A DNA stretch of 64,000 nt from Kiritimatiellia bacterium (GTDB lineage: Bacteria; Verrucomicrobiota; Kiritimatiellia; RFP12; UBA3636), in contig JAZNPC010000010.1 in the NCBI GenBank assembly GCA_045589455.1, forward strand, positions 149 through 64,148, given 5' to 3'. Position numbers and translations under genes: made by a program. Under the pieces are notes generated by a model that saw only the letters and a list, made by a program, of their open reading frames with translations, ran no database searches and was not told where the DNA came from. Position 1 is the stretch's first letter. Each line of letters opens with the position of its first letter. Positions 21,191 to 30,968 of the stretch are shown here, one piece after another.

Positions 21191-22912
21191 ATGAAGAAAA
21201 AGGTAATTTTTGTTGCTTTGGTGATTGCAATTGCTGCAATTGGATTTGTTTTTTGGGGAAGAGAAAAAGCAAATCCACTTGAAAACGAGATTTTATATAC
21301 GGTTACTAATGGTCCGTTAGTTATTAATGTGACTGAAGCTGGTACAATTAAACCGCAAGAACAAATAATTTTAAAGAGTGCGGTTGAAGGCCGTAGGTCT
21401 ATTATTTATCTTATTCCAGAAGGTTCTTTTGTTAAAAAAGGTGATTTGCTTGTAGAGCTAGATGTTTCTGAGTTAGAAACAAAACGCGCAGACCAAGAAA
21501 TTATCGTTCAAAATGCTGAGACTGAGAAATTAATTAAGGCAGATGATCTAATTGTGGCTCAAAATCAAGCGAAGGCAGATATTGAGCTTGCAGAGCTAAA
21601 GGTACGCTTTGCTAGAGAAGATTTGCTTAAATATATTGAAGGTGAATATCCTAAAAACCTTTCAGAGGCAGAAGGAAGCATAAAGCTTGCTGAAGAAGAA
21701 TTAGAGCGTGCAAGAGATAAGATGGAATGGTCAAAAAGACTTTATGAAGAAAAATACCTTTCTGAAACAGAAATGCGTAGTGATGAGCTTTCTTGGAAGC
21801 GTGCAGAGCTAAATTTAAGAACAGCAAGAGGAAATTTAGATCTTTTACAGAATTACACCTATAAGCGTCAGGTTGCTCAGCTTGAGAGTGACCTTTCTCA
21901 AGCAGAAATGTCATTAGAGCGCACAAAGCGCAAAGCAAATGCAAGCGTAAGCTCTGCAGAAGCTACGCTTCGTGCAAAGGAGCTAGAGTATTCTCGCCAA
22001 CTTGAGCGATTAAAATATTATGAGAGACAAGTAGCTAATGCAAAAATTTATGCACCAATGGATGGTCTTGTAATATATGCTACAAGTGCAAATAATCGTT
22101 GGGGAAATAGAGAACCTTTATCCGAGGGTATTGAAGTCCACGAACGTAATGAGCTTATATATTTGCCAACAACAGCATCTTTTCAGGCAGAGATAGAGGT
22201 TCATGAAAGTAATTTAAGAAAGATAGTTCCTGGATTGCCTGTGCGAGTTCGTGTTGATGCAGTTGATAGAGCCTTTAATGGTGTTGTTTCTCAAGTATCT
22301 CCATTACCTGATGCCCAGAAGATGTGGCAAAATCCAGACCTCAAGGTTTATAAAACAATCATTAAGCTAGATGGAGGCGGGGATTTATTAAGATCTGGTA
22401 TGAATTGCGTTGCTGAAATCATTATTGAGCAATTTGTTGAAACACTTTATATTCCAATACAATGTGTTGTAATGGTAAATGGTGAAAGTGTTGTTTATGT
22501 TGTTGATTCTGAAGGAAATCTTGAGCAGAGAAAGGTTGAGCTTGGGCTAGATAATGGTCGTTTTGTTCAAGTAATTTCTGGACTTTCCGAGGGAGAAAGG
22601 GTTATGGAAAATCCTCCATTAGATGGTTCAGAGTCTGAAACAAGTAAAACCTTGGCCCATGAAGGAACTACACCTGTGAATGCTCCTAATGCTCCAATAG
22701 TGCCTGCATCTACAGCTATTCAAACACCTCCATCTCAAGCCACGCCTCAGCAAGAAGCAGCGGCACCAAATGCGAAGCCTACAGAACAAGCAAAGGCAGT
22801 AGAGGAGGCTGTTGAACAGCCTAGTGCTGCTTTAGATCAACCTATTGTGGAAGCACCTACAAATACAACTATTGAGGCAACTACTGTAGTAGCGACAGAT
22901 GTACAAGAATAG
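21191..22912 (+). CDS. Efflux periplasmic adaptor (HlyD/MacA family) with a long low-complexity C-terminal tail
   Basis: ORF 21161-22912. I prefer the ATG at 21191 (MKKKVIFVALVIAIAA anchor). It has a coiled-coil hairpin region and a beta-barrel region (IYAPMDGLVIY). The last ~90 aa are P/A/T/Q/E-rich. Confidence 0.8.
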   Translation: MKKKVIFVALVIAIAAIGFVFWGREKANPLENEILYTVTNGPLVINVTEAGTIKPQEQIILKSAVEGRRSIIYLIPEGSFVKKGDLLVELDVSELETKRADQEIIVQNAETEKLIKADDLIVAQNQAKADIELAELKVRFAREDLLKYIEGEYPKNLSEAEGSIKLAEEELERARDKMEWSKRLYEEKYLSETEMRSDELSWKRAELNLRTARGNLDLLQNYTYKRQVAQLESDLSQAEMSLERTKRKANASVSSAEATLRAKELEYSRQLERLKYYERQVANAKIYAPMDGLVIYATSANNRWGNREPLSEGIEVHERNELIYLPTTASFQAEIEVHESNLRKIVPGLPVRVRVDAVDRAFNGVVSQVSPLPDAQKMWQNPDLKVYKTIIKLDGGGDLLRSGMNCVAEIIIEQFVETLYIPIQCVVMVNGESVVYVVDSEGNLEQRKVELGLDNGRFVQVISGLSEGERVMENPPLDGSESETSKTLAHEGTTPVNAPNAPIVPASTAIQTPPSQATPQQEAAAPNAKPTEQAKAVEEAVEQPSAALDQPIVEAPTNTTIEATTVVATDVQE

Positions 22913-22915
22913 GCA

Positions 22916-23629
22916 ATGGAACAATCTACCATGATGAAAATAGATCCTTCGCGTACTTATGCTGTAAAGTTTGAAAATCTATCCAAGCATTATGATTTTG
23001 GTGGTCAGATTGTTCGCGCACTAGATGGAGTAACCGCTTGTTTTGAAAAGGGAAGCTTTTGGGCTATTATGGGTGCTAGCGGTTCTGGCAAAAGTACAAT
23101 GTTGAATATTCTAGGTTGCTTAGATAGACCTACAACAGGACAGTATTTCCTTGATGGGAAGGATGTTTCTAGATTAAATGATGATGATTTAAGTGATATT
23201 CGCTTAAATTACCTTGGATTTGTTTTTCAGAGTTTTAATTTGATTCCTCAATTGACTGTTGCAGAAAACATTGCTCTTCCTTTGTATTACAGGGGAGTTT
23301 CAGAGGAAGGGTGTTTAATTAAGGCAAAGGAAATGGCGGAGGTCGTGGGGCTCTCAAATCGATTAGAGCATAGACCAATGCAGCTTTCTGGTGGCCAACA
23401 GCAGCGTGTAGCAATTGCCCGAGCATTATCAACAGATCCAGTTGTTTTGCTTGCTGACGAGCCAACAGGCAACCTAGACTCTACCACAAGTGTAGAAATT
23501 ATGAAGCTTTTGGACGAAATGAACCGCTATGGTAAAACAGTAATTATGGTTACTCATGAGCCTGATATTGCTGAATTTGCACAGCATCGATTGATTATGA
23601 AGGATGGCAAAATAGATAGGATTAGTTAA
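22916..23629 (+). CDS. ABC transporter ATP-binding protein (MacB/LolD-type)
   Basis: Walker [10 protein letters not shown], signature [15 protein letters not shown], Walker [13 protein letters not shown]. Confidence 0.9.
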   Translation: MEQSTMMKIDPSRTYAVKFENLSKHYDFGGQIVRALDGVTACFEKGSFWAIMGASGSGKSTMLNILGCLDRPTTGQYFLDGKDVSRLNDDDLSDIRLNYLGFVFQSFNLIPQLTVAENIALPLYYRGVSEEGCLIKAKEMAEVVGLSNRLEHRPMQLSGGQQQRVAIARALSTDPVVLLADEPTGNLDSTTSVEIMKLLDEMNRYGKTVIMVTHEPDIAEFAQHRLIMKDGKIDRIS

Positions 23630-23630
23630 G

Positions 23631-24908
23631 ATGATTAATTTAAGCTATACTTCATTTAAGCGAAATGTTCGCCTAGGAATAAAGAATCTACTATTGCATA
23701 AGCTTCGCTCAATGCTGACGATGCTTGGCCTTGTTTTTGGTGTTGGTAGTGTTATTGCCATGTTAGCAATTGGTGAAGGAGCAAGTGAGGAGGCTCTAGA
23801 ACAAATCCGTATGCTAGGAAGTAAAAATATTATTATTACTTCAGTTAAGCCTGTAGAAGAAAATGCAAAACAAAATAATAATATCCGGCTCAGTGTTTAT
23901 GGATTGTTGTATAATGATTTTTATGCGATTAGTGAAACAATACCAACGGTTTCTTGTGTGGTGCCTGTAAAGGCCATGGAAAAGGTCGCAAGATATGAAG
24001 ATTCCTCAAGTAATTTAAGAATTGTTGGCACAACAAAGGATTGGTTTAAACTGGTTGATAGAGAAAAACTAATTGGCCGAGTTTTAACAGAGAATGATGT
24101 GGTAGAAAGCCGTTCTGTTGCTGTGTTAACGGAATCAGGAGTTCGTAAGCTATTGGCCAACGAAAATGCTGTAGGTGAATTTCTTCGAATTGGCGGAAAT
24201 TCGTATGAAATTGTTGGTGTTATTAAAACAGAAAAGCTAGCAGACTCTGGAATGCAAATGCCTGATAGAGAGGCAGATGTATATATACCAATATCAACAG
24301 TTCGACTACACTATGGAGATAGATATACTCAAAATAAGGAAGGCACTAGAATTAGTGAATTGGTTCAACTACACCAAATTATTGTTGAGGTAAGTGAAGA
24401 GAGTAAAGTAGAAGCAACTGCAAAAACTATAGAACGTTTGTTATCTATTTCACATTCTAAGAAGGATTATGAATTAAGTGTGCCATTGTCTTTGTTGCGC
24501 CAAGTAGAAGCCACTAAACGAACCTTTTCTATTGTATTGGGAGCCATTGCCGGAATTAGCCTTCTTGTAGGTGGTATTGGTATTATGAACATTATGCTTG
24601 CTACAGTTACAGAGCGCACTCGTGAAATCGGCATTCGAAGGGCAATTGGTGCAAAACGCAATCAAATTGTTATGCAATTTTTGATAGAAACACTTGTATT
24701 GTCAATTACTGGAGGTGTTATAGGTGTTTGTTTCGGTATTTTTATACCATATATGGTAACAATTTTTGCTGGCATGCCAACAGTTATAACAGTTTGGAAT
24801 TTAGTGCTATCGCTAGGAATAAGTACATTGACTGGTATTGTTTTTGGCCTTTATCCAGCAATTAGAGCCGCAAAGCTAGATCCAATTATCGCTTTGCGTC
24901 ATGAGTAG
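23631..24908 (+). CDS. ABC transporter permease (MacB/FtsX-type, 4 TM with periplasmic domain)
   Basis: 425 aa with an FtsX-like C-terminal region (GGIGIMNIMLATVTERTREIGIRRAIGA) and a LYPAIRAAKLDPIIALRHE end. Confidence 0.88.
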   Translation: MINLSYTSFKRNVRLGIKNLLLHKLRSMLTMLGLVFGVGSVIAMLAIGEGASEEALEQIRMLGSKNIIITSVKPVEENAKQNNNIRLSVYGLLYNDFYAISETIPTVSCVVPVKAMEKVARYEDSSSNLRIVGTTKDWFKLVDREKLIGRVLTENDVVESRSVAVLTESGVRKLLANENAVGEFLRIGGNSYEIVGVIKTEKLADSGMQMPDREADVYIPISTVRLHYGDRYTQNKEGTRISELVQLHQIIVEVSEESKVEATAKTIERLLSISHSKKDYELSVPLSLLRQVEATKRTFSIVLGAIAGISLLVGGIGIMNIMLATVTERTREIGIRRAIGAKRNQIVMQFLIETLVLSITGGVIGVCFGIFIPYMVTIFAGMPTVITVWNLVLSLGISTLTGIVFGLYPAIRAAKLDPIIALRHE

Positions 24909-24974
24909 CTTGGATAGCTATAAATTAGATAATTAGATTTTATATTTCTATCGGGGTGGCGTATGTGATGGCTA

Positions 24975-25340
24975 GGGCGACGGCTAATCCTACGCTGGCT
25001 CACGCGGAGACGCAGAGACGCAGAGCTAGCGTGATGCACGTGACGCCGAAGGGACGCAGAGACGCTGAGGGCGCGGAGGACGCGGGGCTGGTGTGATGGG
25101 TGTGGTGTTGGGGCGCGAATGCGCACATTACCGCTTGTTGTTGCCTTGTCTTATTGCGAAATCTAACGAAGCAATAAGGCAACTGCCAAGCGCTAATGTG
25201 TACGACCCACCAAGGCTTTTAAGACGAGGAGCGTGATGCACGTGATGGTGTTTTGGATGCACCAAGCTTGGTTGTGCGCTGCGCCGCGTGCGGCGCAGAG
25301 AACGCGCTTGTGTGATGGCTAGAAGTGCTAGTTTCAGCGG
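24975..25340. repeat. GC-rich repeat block including a ~200-bp element shared with 50301-50497
   Basis: 25025-25222 is near-identical to 50301-50497. It contains 'ggctaatcctacgctggct', 'gtgatgcacgtgacgccgaagggacgcagagacgc' and an internal hairpin cttattgc-N13-gcaataag (25150-25178). Confidence 0.85.
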
Positions 25341-25487
25341 GTGAACTACTCAGATGTATCTTTACTTAATATATTTAAAACCTATTGTTGAAAATAGGGG
25401 CGTTTTTTGCTAAAATTTATAGAAATAAATTTTTTATTTTTGTGTGAGTTTAAAGAATACTATAGATAAGAGATAAAGGATTAAAAG

Positions 25488-25880
25488 ATGAAGAAAATTC
25501 TAATGATTTGTTCTGTAGCCATGTCAGTCATGTTAATGGTAGTAATGTTGTCCGGGTGTGAATCTGCAGATGGTTATTCTATTGAGGTAAATGCTTCCTC
25601 ATATTCTGTAGGAAATGGTGGCACTGTCTATCTTTCGGCTTCTGGTTGGGATGATTATACTTGGTCGCTAAGTGATAACTCATTAGGTTATTTAAATAAG
25701 CTTAATGGTTCAAGTGTGATTTACACCTCACGTGCAGCATCTGGCACACAAAAGATAACTATTGTTGCACGTGGTTCTGGTGCCGTTGCAGAAACTCCAA
25801 CAGATAATAATTCAAGTAATAAGACACAAAAAGTCACCTCATCTCCTTTGGTTAGAACAATTGAGATTACACATAAATAA
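25488..25880 (+). CDS. Small lipoprotein of unknown function
   Basis: 130 aa with a signal peptide and lipobox-like LSGC (MKKILMICSVAMSVMLMVVMLSGCESADG). AAAGGA Shine-Dalgarno upstream. Confidence 0.6.
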   Translation: MKKILMICSVAMSVMLMVVMLSGCESADGYSIEVNASSYSVGNGGTVYLSASGWDDYTWSLSDNSLGYLNKLNGSSVIYTSRAASGTQKITIVARGSGAVAETPTDNNSSNKTQKVTSSPLVRTIEITHK

Positions 25881-25911
25881 TTTTGATAATTAAGATTAAG
25901 GATTTTTAAAT

Positions 25912-27933
25912 ATGGATAAAAGAAGAATTGTGGTAACCTCTGCGTTACCTTATGCAAATGGTGATATACATTTGGGCCATTTGGTAGAGTATCTACAGAC
26001 AGATTTTTGGGTTCGTTATCAGAAGCTTCGAGGCAATGAGTGCACATATGTTTGCGCTGATGATACACACGGCACACCAATTATGATTCGTGCAAAGAAG
26101 GATGGTATCACACCTGAAGAGCTAATTGCAGAGAGCTACAAGCGCCACACTGCAGATTTCTCTGAGTTTCAGATTAAATTTGATAATTTTTACTCTACAA
26201 ATTCTCCAGAGAACCTTGAGTTTTGTAAGCAGATTTATGCAAAGCTAAAGGAAAATAATGCGCTAGATTTCCGTAGTATTCCTCAGCTTTATTGCCCAAC
26301 AGATAAGATGTTCCTCCCAGATCGTTTTGTACGCGGCACTTGCCCTAAGTGCGGTGCAGAGGATCAGTATGGTGATTCCTGCGAGAAGTGTGGTGCAACT
26401 TATAACCCAACAGATTTGAAGGATGTTCACTGTTCTGTTTGTGGTGAGCGTAAGCTAGAAACTCGTGAGAGCGAGCACATCTTTTTCAATCTTGAGCAGT
26501 TTAAGGAATACCTACGCTCATGGTTAAAGGACCATACAGCAGAGGATGTTGCTAACAAGCTTTATGAGTGGTTTGATGAAGGTACAACTCTAATGCCATG
26601 GGATATTTCTCGTGATGCTCCATACTTTGGCTTTGAGATTCCTGATCATCCTGGCAAGTATTTCTATGTATGGCTAGATGCACCAGTAGGCTACATGGCT
26701 TCATTAAAGAATTGGTGTACCAAGAATAATGAGGATTTTGATGCTTGGTGGAATAATCCAGATGCAGAGCTTTATCATTTCATTGGTAAGGATATTGTCC
26801 GTTTCCACTGCTTGTTCTGGCCAGCAATGCTTCATGCAGCAGATTTTAAGGGCCCATCACAGGTATTTGTACATGGCTTCTTAACAGTTAACGGCAAGAA
26901 GATGAGTAAGTCACGCGGTACATTTATTAGTGCTCGTACATACTTGGATTGCCTAGACCCAGCATTCTTGCGTTACTACTATGCTTGCAAGCTAAATAAC
27001 ACAACTGATGACGTAGATTTAAATCTTGAGGATTTTGTACAGCGCGTAAATAGCGATCTTGTTGGTAAAATCACCAACCTCGCTTCACGTGGTGTTCAGA
27101 TGCTTAATAAGCGCCTAGACGATGGTATGGGTGTAATGGACGAAGAGGGCTTGAAGCTACGTGAGGAATTCTTGTCCCGTGCAGAGACTATAGCCGCTCA
27201 CTATGAAGCTCGCCGTTTCTCACAGGTTCCTGTTGAGGTATGTCGTCTAGCAGATTTGGCTAATGAATACTTTGATGCAAAGCAGCCATGGGCAACAATT
27301 AAGACAGACCCAGAGGCAACTCGCATTACATTGACCAACATCTTAAATCTCTTCCGCATAATGGCAATTTACCTCTCACCAATTCTTCCTGTTTATGCAG
27401 AGAAGGCAGCAGCGCTATTTGGTGAGCAGCCATATACATGGGATGATATCAATAAGAAGCTAGAAAATCAGAAGGTTGCTAAGTATGAATATTTGGCTTC
27501 TCGCGTACCACCTGAGAAGGTTGAAGAGATGGTAGAGAAGTCAAAGGTTCAGGCTGAAGCAGCAGCTGAGGCTCCTGCAGTACCTGCAATTCCTCTTAAG
27601 GCTGAGGTTGAATTCCCAGAATTTGATAAGGTAGATATGCGTGTGGCGCTAGTTGAGTCTGCAAGCTTTGTAGAAGGCTCAACAAAGCTACTTCAATTCA
27701 CCTTGGACCTTGGTCCTTTAGGTAAGCGCAATATCTTCTCTGGTATTCGTGCATACTATCCTGACCCACAGGTGTTGGTTGGCAAGAAGCTAATAGTTGC
27801 GGCTAATCTAAAGGCTCGTAAGATGCGCTTTGGCGTTTCTGAGGGTATGATTCTTTCTGCAGGCTCAGAGGAGAAGGGCTTCTCTGTTCTTACAGTTATG
27901 GATGATGCACAACCAGGTGATTTAGTTTCCTAA
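25912..27933 (+). CDS. metG: Methionine--tRNA ligase with C-terminal tRNA-binding (EMAP-like) domain
   Basis: 673 aa. HIGH-type motif (ANGDIHLGH), KMSKS motif, a Zn knuckle (CPKCGAEDQYGDSCEKCG) and a C-terminal VDMRVALV...KMRFGVSEGMIL domain. Confidence 0.95.
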   Translation: MDKRRIVVTSALPYANGDIHLGHLVEYLQTDFWVRYQKLRGNECTYVCADDTHGTPIMIRAKKDGITPEELIAESYKRHTADFSEFQIKFDNFYSTNSPENLEFCKQIYAKLKENNALDFRSIPQLYCPTDKMFLPDRFVRGTCPKCGAEDQYGDSCEKCGATYNPTDLKDVHCSVCGERKLETRESEHIFFNLEQFKEYLRSWLKDHTAEDVANKLYEWFDEGTTLMPWDISRDAPYFGFEIPDHPGKYFYVWLDAPVGYMASLKNWCTKNNEDFDAWWNNPDAELYHFIGKDIVRFHCLFWPAMLHAADFKGPSQVFVHGFLTVNGKKMSKSRGTFISARTYLDCLDPAFLRYYYACKLNNTTDDVDLNLEDFVQRVNSDLVGKITNLASRGVQMLNKRLDDGMGVMDEEGLKLREEFLSRAETIAAHYEARRFSQVPVEVCRLADLANEYFDAKQPWATIKTDPEATRITLTNILNLFRIMAIYLSPILPVYAEKAAALFGEQPYTWDDINKKLENQKVAKYEYLASRVPPEKVEEMVEKSKVQAEAAAEAPAVPAIPLKAEVEFPEFDKVDMRVALVESASFVEGSTKLLQFTLDLGPLGKRNIFSGIRAYYPDPQVLVGKKLIVAANLKARKMRFGVSEGMILSAGSEEKGFSVLTVMDDAQPGDLVS

Positions 27934-27955
27934 CAACTAATAGCCTAATAGCCAA

Positions 27956-28726
27956 ATGAAGCCTTATCCGCCACTTATTTTTGCACAATGGAAGCAGTCC
28001 TTATCGTTGCTACGAGAGGCACAGCAAAGCATTGGCACAGAGGGGCAGGATAAGGCTGTTTTGCGTGCGGCAGCATATATGCAGGCCTCAGCAGATGAGC
28101 ATTTACGGAGGCTTGCTGAGCTCTTGCATGTAGGGATGACTGGTGCCGAATTTCTTTGTGTGCTTGTGCCTGTGGAGCGTGTGGCTTCTCGAGACCATGT
28201 CACCGATGCTACTATGCTTGCAGAGGTAACGACAGACGATGCTGAGCAACCTTTAGCTCAGACTCTTCCTCTAATCGTTATTCTTGATAATTTACGCTCA
28301 GCTATCAATTTAGGCGGAATATTTCGTACCTCAGAATTTTTTGGTGTTTCAGAAATTTGGCTTTGTGGCTACACTGCCACACCAGAGCATGAGCATGTGG
28401 CAAAGTCAGCAATGGGAACAGACAAATTGGTCGCATGGCGCTATTTCGAAAATACATCAGAAGCAATTCTTGAAGCAAAGAAGCAGGGCTATCATTGCTA
28501 TGCTTTAGAAACCTCTCCAAATGCCAAAAATATAAATGAATTTAAATTTTCCTTCCCATGTGTGTTAGTTTTGGGTAATGAGAGATTTGGTGTCTCACAG
28601 GATGCATTAGCTTGCTGTGATGAGTTATTGGCAATACCGGGATTTGGTCGAAAGAATTCAATTAATGTAGCCAGTGCTTTTGCAATTGCAGCAAATCAAA
28701 TTAGTCATGCTTTTCGTAGTAGGTAG
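27956..28726 (+). CDS. TrmH/SpoU-family RNA 2'-O-methyltransferase with N-terminal extension
   Basis: SpoU motifs are present: NLGGIFRTSEFFG, LVLGNERFGVS, IPGFGRKNSINVASAF. Confidence 0.8.
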   Translation: MKPYPPLIFAQWKQSLSLLREAQQSIGTEGQDKAVLRAAAYMQASADEHLRRLAELLHVGMTGAEFLCVLVPVERVASRDHVTDATMLAEVTTDDAEQPLAQTLPLIVILDNLRSAINLGGIFRTSEFFGVSEIWLCGYTATPEHEHVAKSAMGTDKLVAWRYFENTSEAILEAKKQGYHCYALETSPNAKNINEFKFSFPCVLVLGNERFGVSQDALACCDELLAIPGFGRKNSINVASAFAIAANQISHAFRSR

Positions 28727-28731
28727 AATTT

Positions 28732-29352
28732 ATGGAACTCGGAGCAATTAAAAATCTAGCCTATGAGCTAATTGGCAATAAGGAAGAAGTTCCTCACGGA
28801 GTGGGATACCGCCTTGCTCATGGTTATAGAGTTGGTGCAATTGCAGAATGGATTGCACATGAGCTAGGAGAGAGCGATGAGCTACTTTTTGTTGCTGGCA
28901 TACTTCATGACATTGGTAAGGATAAGGCAGGACATCCAGAGGATGATGGAATAATGCATGGTCCGCGCGGAGCCGAGATTATTCGCAAGCAATTTATTCA
29001 TTTTATGAGCATAAATGAGCTTCAAAGAGTTGCTACAATGGTTGAAAATCATAATGCTCGCCCCAAAAGTAAGTGGTTTATCGATAAAGAGAAGCCACAG
29101 CATTCAACTGAGGTCTTAATACTTCAGGATGCAGATTTGCTAGATCATTTTGGTGAAGAAGGCATAAATATTACACTTAATTGGGGACGTTTTTTCAAAA
29201 AAACTCGCGAACAAATCCTTAAGGAATGGAAATATGGTGAGAGAGTAGCTCGAATGCATGAAGAGGTGCGCCGCTCTCTTAATTTTGATGTGTCAGTTCG
29301 TGAGTTTGATCGACGCCTAAAAATCATGCAGGATTACTTTTTAAAATTTTGA
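28732..29352 (+). CDS. HD-domain phosphohydrolase
   Basis: H...HD motif (AGILHDIGK) and a downstream LQDADLLDHFG. Confidence 0.75.
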   Translation: MELGAIKNLAYELIGNKEEVPHGVGYRLAHGYRVGAIAEWIAHELGESDELLFVAGILHDIGKDKAGHPEDDGIMHGPRGAEIIRKQFIHFMSINELQRVATMVENHNARPKSKWFIDKEKPQHSTEVLILQDADLLDHFGEEGINITLNWGRFFKKTREQILKEWKYGERVARMHEEVRRSLNFDVSVREFDRRLKIMQDYFLKF

Positions 29353-29483
29353 TTTGTCAGTTTTAGGGTTTTAATTACGTATTAATACTATAGCAGGATT
29401 GTTTTGCTAAATTTTGATTTGTCAGTTTTGGGGTTTTAATTACGTATTAATACTATAGCAGGATTGTTTTGCTAAATTTTGAT
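29346..29483. repeat. 65-bp tandem duplication (2 full copies plus an 8-bp start of a third)
   Basis: 'attttgat' recurs at 29346, 29411 and 29476. The two units differ by 1-2 nt (ttttagggtt vs ttttggggtt). The first unit starts in the last codons and stop of the HD gene. Confidence 0.9.
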
Positions 29484-29570
29484 GCTGTGTTTTAACGAAT
29501 AATAAGCACATACATATAGGCGATTTAGTAGTTTTGTTTTTTTGTTTTAAAAAAAGAAAGGGATATAATA

Positions 29571-30422
29571 ATGTTTACAATAGCATGTGGCAAATGTGGT
29601 CAGAATTATGAGGTTGATCAAGAGTATTGCGGTGCTTCATTTGAATGTGTTAGTTGTGGCGAGACAATAGTTGTGCCAATGCTGGAACAAGACAATAGCA
29701 AGGTATTTGTTCAACCTCAACCTCAACCTCGACCTCAGCAGCAGCCGTCACGGTTGAATTCTCAGCCGGTAGGAAATAGTTCTAAGTTAGTAATAAATAA
29801 AACAAGACCCCAAAGCCCTTCTAGAGTGTCTTCTACTTATTCTTCACCTTCCTCCTTCAAAAATCCATATTTATCCCAACGACCTAATCGTTCTAGCAAC
29901 ACATGGTTTAAACTAATATTTTTTATTATTGTTCTAGGATTAATAGGTGGTGGAGTTTACTTTTTTGTAAACGATTCAAAGAAGGATACTTCTACAAATG
30001 TTAGTGATAACAATGCTTCTGGGAAAAATAATGGAGGAGAAAGTAGAGATGATTCAACAATAGATATAAACGACTATAATGCACGTAAAAAATACGAGTC
30101 TAAGGATGCATCAAATGTTCCATTTAGAATTATGCAAGTGTTAAAAAGCGATGTAGAATCCGGCTTTACTTTTGTCTTGTGTGTACTACAGGAGCCAACA
30201 TCTGGAGGCAGATTTATGGATACAGAGGTCGTATTTGGTTTAATGTTTGACGGGAGTGACGTTTCGTCTATAAACTTTTCAAAAACATGGGTGGACGATC
30301 TGTATTGGGCGGGGTACTACACATATACAACTGTTGAAAATAAAGAAAACACGATTAAAATATTTACCGTTGATTTAGATCTATCGGTGGGGGCTTTGAA
30401 GGCACAAGGACTTCTTGATTAG
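29571..30422 (+). CDS. Zinc-ribbon membrane protein (N-terminal CxxC...CxxC, P/Q/S-rich linker, one TM, C-terminal domain)
   Basis: CGKCGQNYEV...CVSCGETIVVP, then the QPQPQPRPQQQP linker, then TM WFKLIFFIIVLGLIGGGVYFFV. AAAGGGA Shine-Dalgarno upstream. Confidence 0.6.
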   Translation: MFTIACGKCGQNYEVDQEYCGASFECVSCGETIVVPMLEQDNSKVFVQPQPQPRPQQQPSRLNSQPVGNSSKLVINKTRPQSPSRVSSTYSSPSSFKNPYLSQRPNRSSNTWFKLIFFIIVLGLIGGGVYFFVNDSKKDTSTNVSDNNASGKNNGGESRDDSTIDINDYNARKKYESKDASNVPFRIMQVLKSDVESGFTFVLCVLQEPTSGGRFMDTEVVFGLMFDGSDVSSINFSKTWVDDLYWAGYYTYTTVENKENTIKIFTVDLDLSVGALKAQGLLD

Positions 30423-30558
30423 TTATGTAATCACAAGACATATTGTAATCTATTTTAGAAATTCATTCTATTTTTTCTGGGGGAGGCAAAATGTATTTGG
30501 TTGTATTTGACTTATTTACCCATTAATACCCTGCATTTCTAACAATTAACCGTATTAC

Positions 30559-30654
30559 GCTCCTCATCTCAAAAATCTTGTGTGCGTACACACTGGCGCT
30601 TGGCAGTTGCCTTATTACTTCGAAGATTTCGTAATAGCAAGGCAATAACAAGCG
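30559..30654. repeat. Inverted partial copy of the ~200-bp repeat element
   Basis: Reverse complement of 25137-25231 / 50410-50500, with scattered substitutions. It retains the hairpin (cttattac-N13-gtaatagc here). Confidence 0.8.
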
Positions 30655-30713
30655 CCAGTGTTTTTGTCGTTGTATCCACCACGAGAGCTCTGCGCCCCAG
30701 CGTCTTCCCCGAC

Positions 30714-30808
30714 CACCATCCTGTCCACCGTCCTGTCCACCATCCTGTCCACCGTAGTTTTAACGTAGGTGGAAGTTTTAACGTAGGTGGAAGCCTTGGC
30801 GTAGGTGG
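30714..30808. repeat. Adjacent short tandem repeats: 12-bp x3.5 followed by 18-bp x3
   Basis: caccatcctgtc / caccgtcctgtc / caccatcctgtc / caccgt, then agttttaacgtaggtgga x2 plus agccttggcgtaggtgg. The 'ccacc' and 'ggtgg' cores are complementary. Confidence 0.85.
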
Positions 30809-30968
30809 TTGCGTCCTTTGGGCCCACGTAAGCCATCATTATAGCATTGCATCGAATTTAGGCCGATACTGCCCAATTAGCATTGAAACAGTAGTAAATC
30901 TATGGTAAAATAAAATTTCAAATTATGTAATAGAATTTCGTTAAAAATACAGTATTAAGGATAATAAA

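Noticed and set aside
24899-25182. Track ORFs 24899-25126 (-) and 25000-25182 (-), and their twins 50250-50525 and 50302-50529 (-).
   Set aside because: The shared amino-acid strings simply reflect the ~200-bp DNA repeat. They are GC-rich Arg/Ser/His-rich frames without an RBS.
30582-30908. Track ORFs 30582-30908 (+) and 30615-30839 (-), with HHPVHRPVHHPVHR and GGSFNVGGSFNVGGS repeats.
   Set aside because: The periodic peptides are direct translations of the 12-bp and 18-bp microsatellites. No RBS is present, and both strands are equally 'open'.
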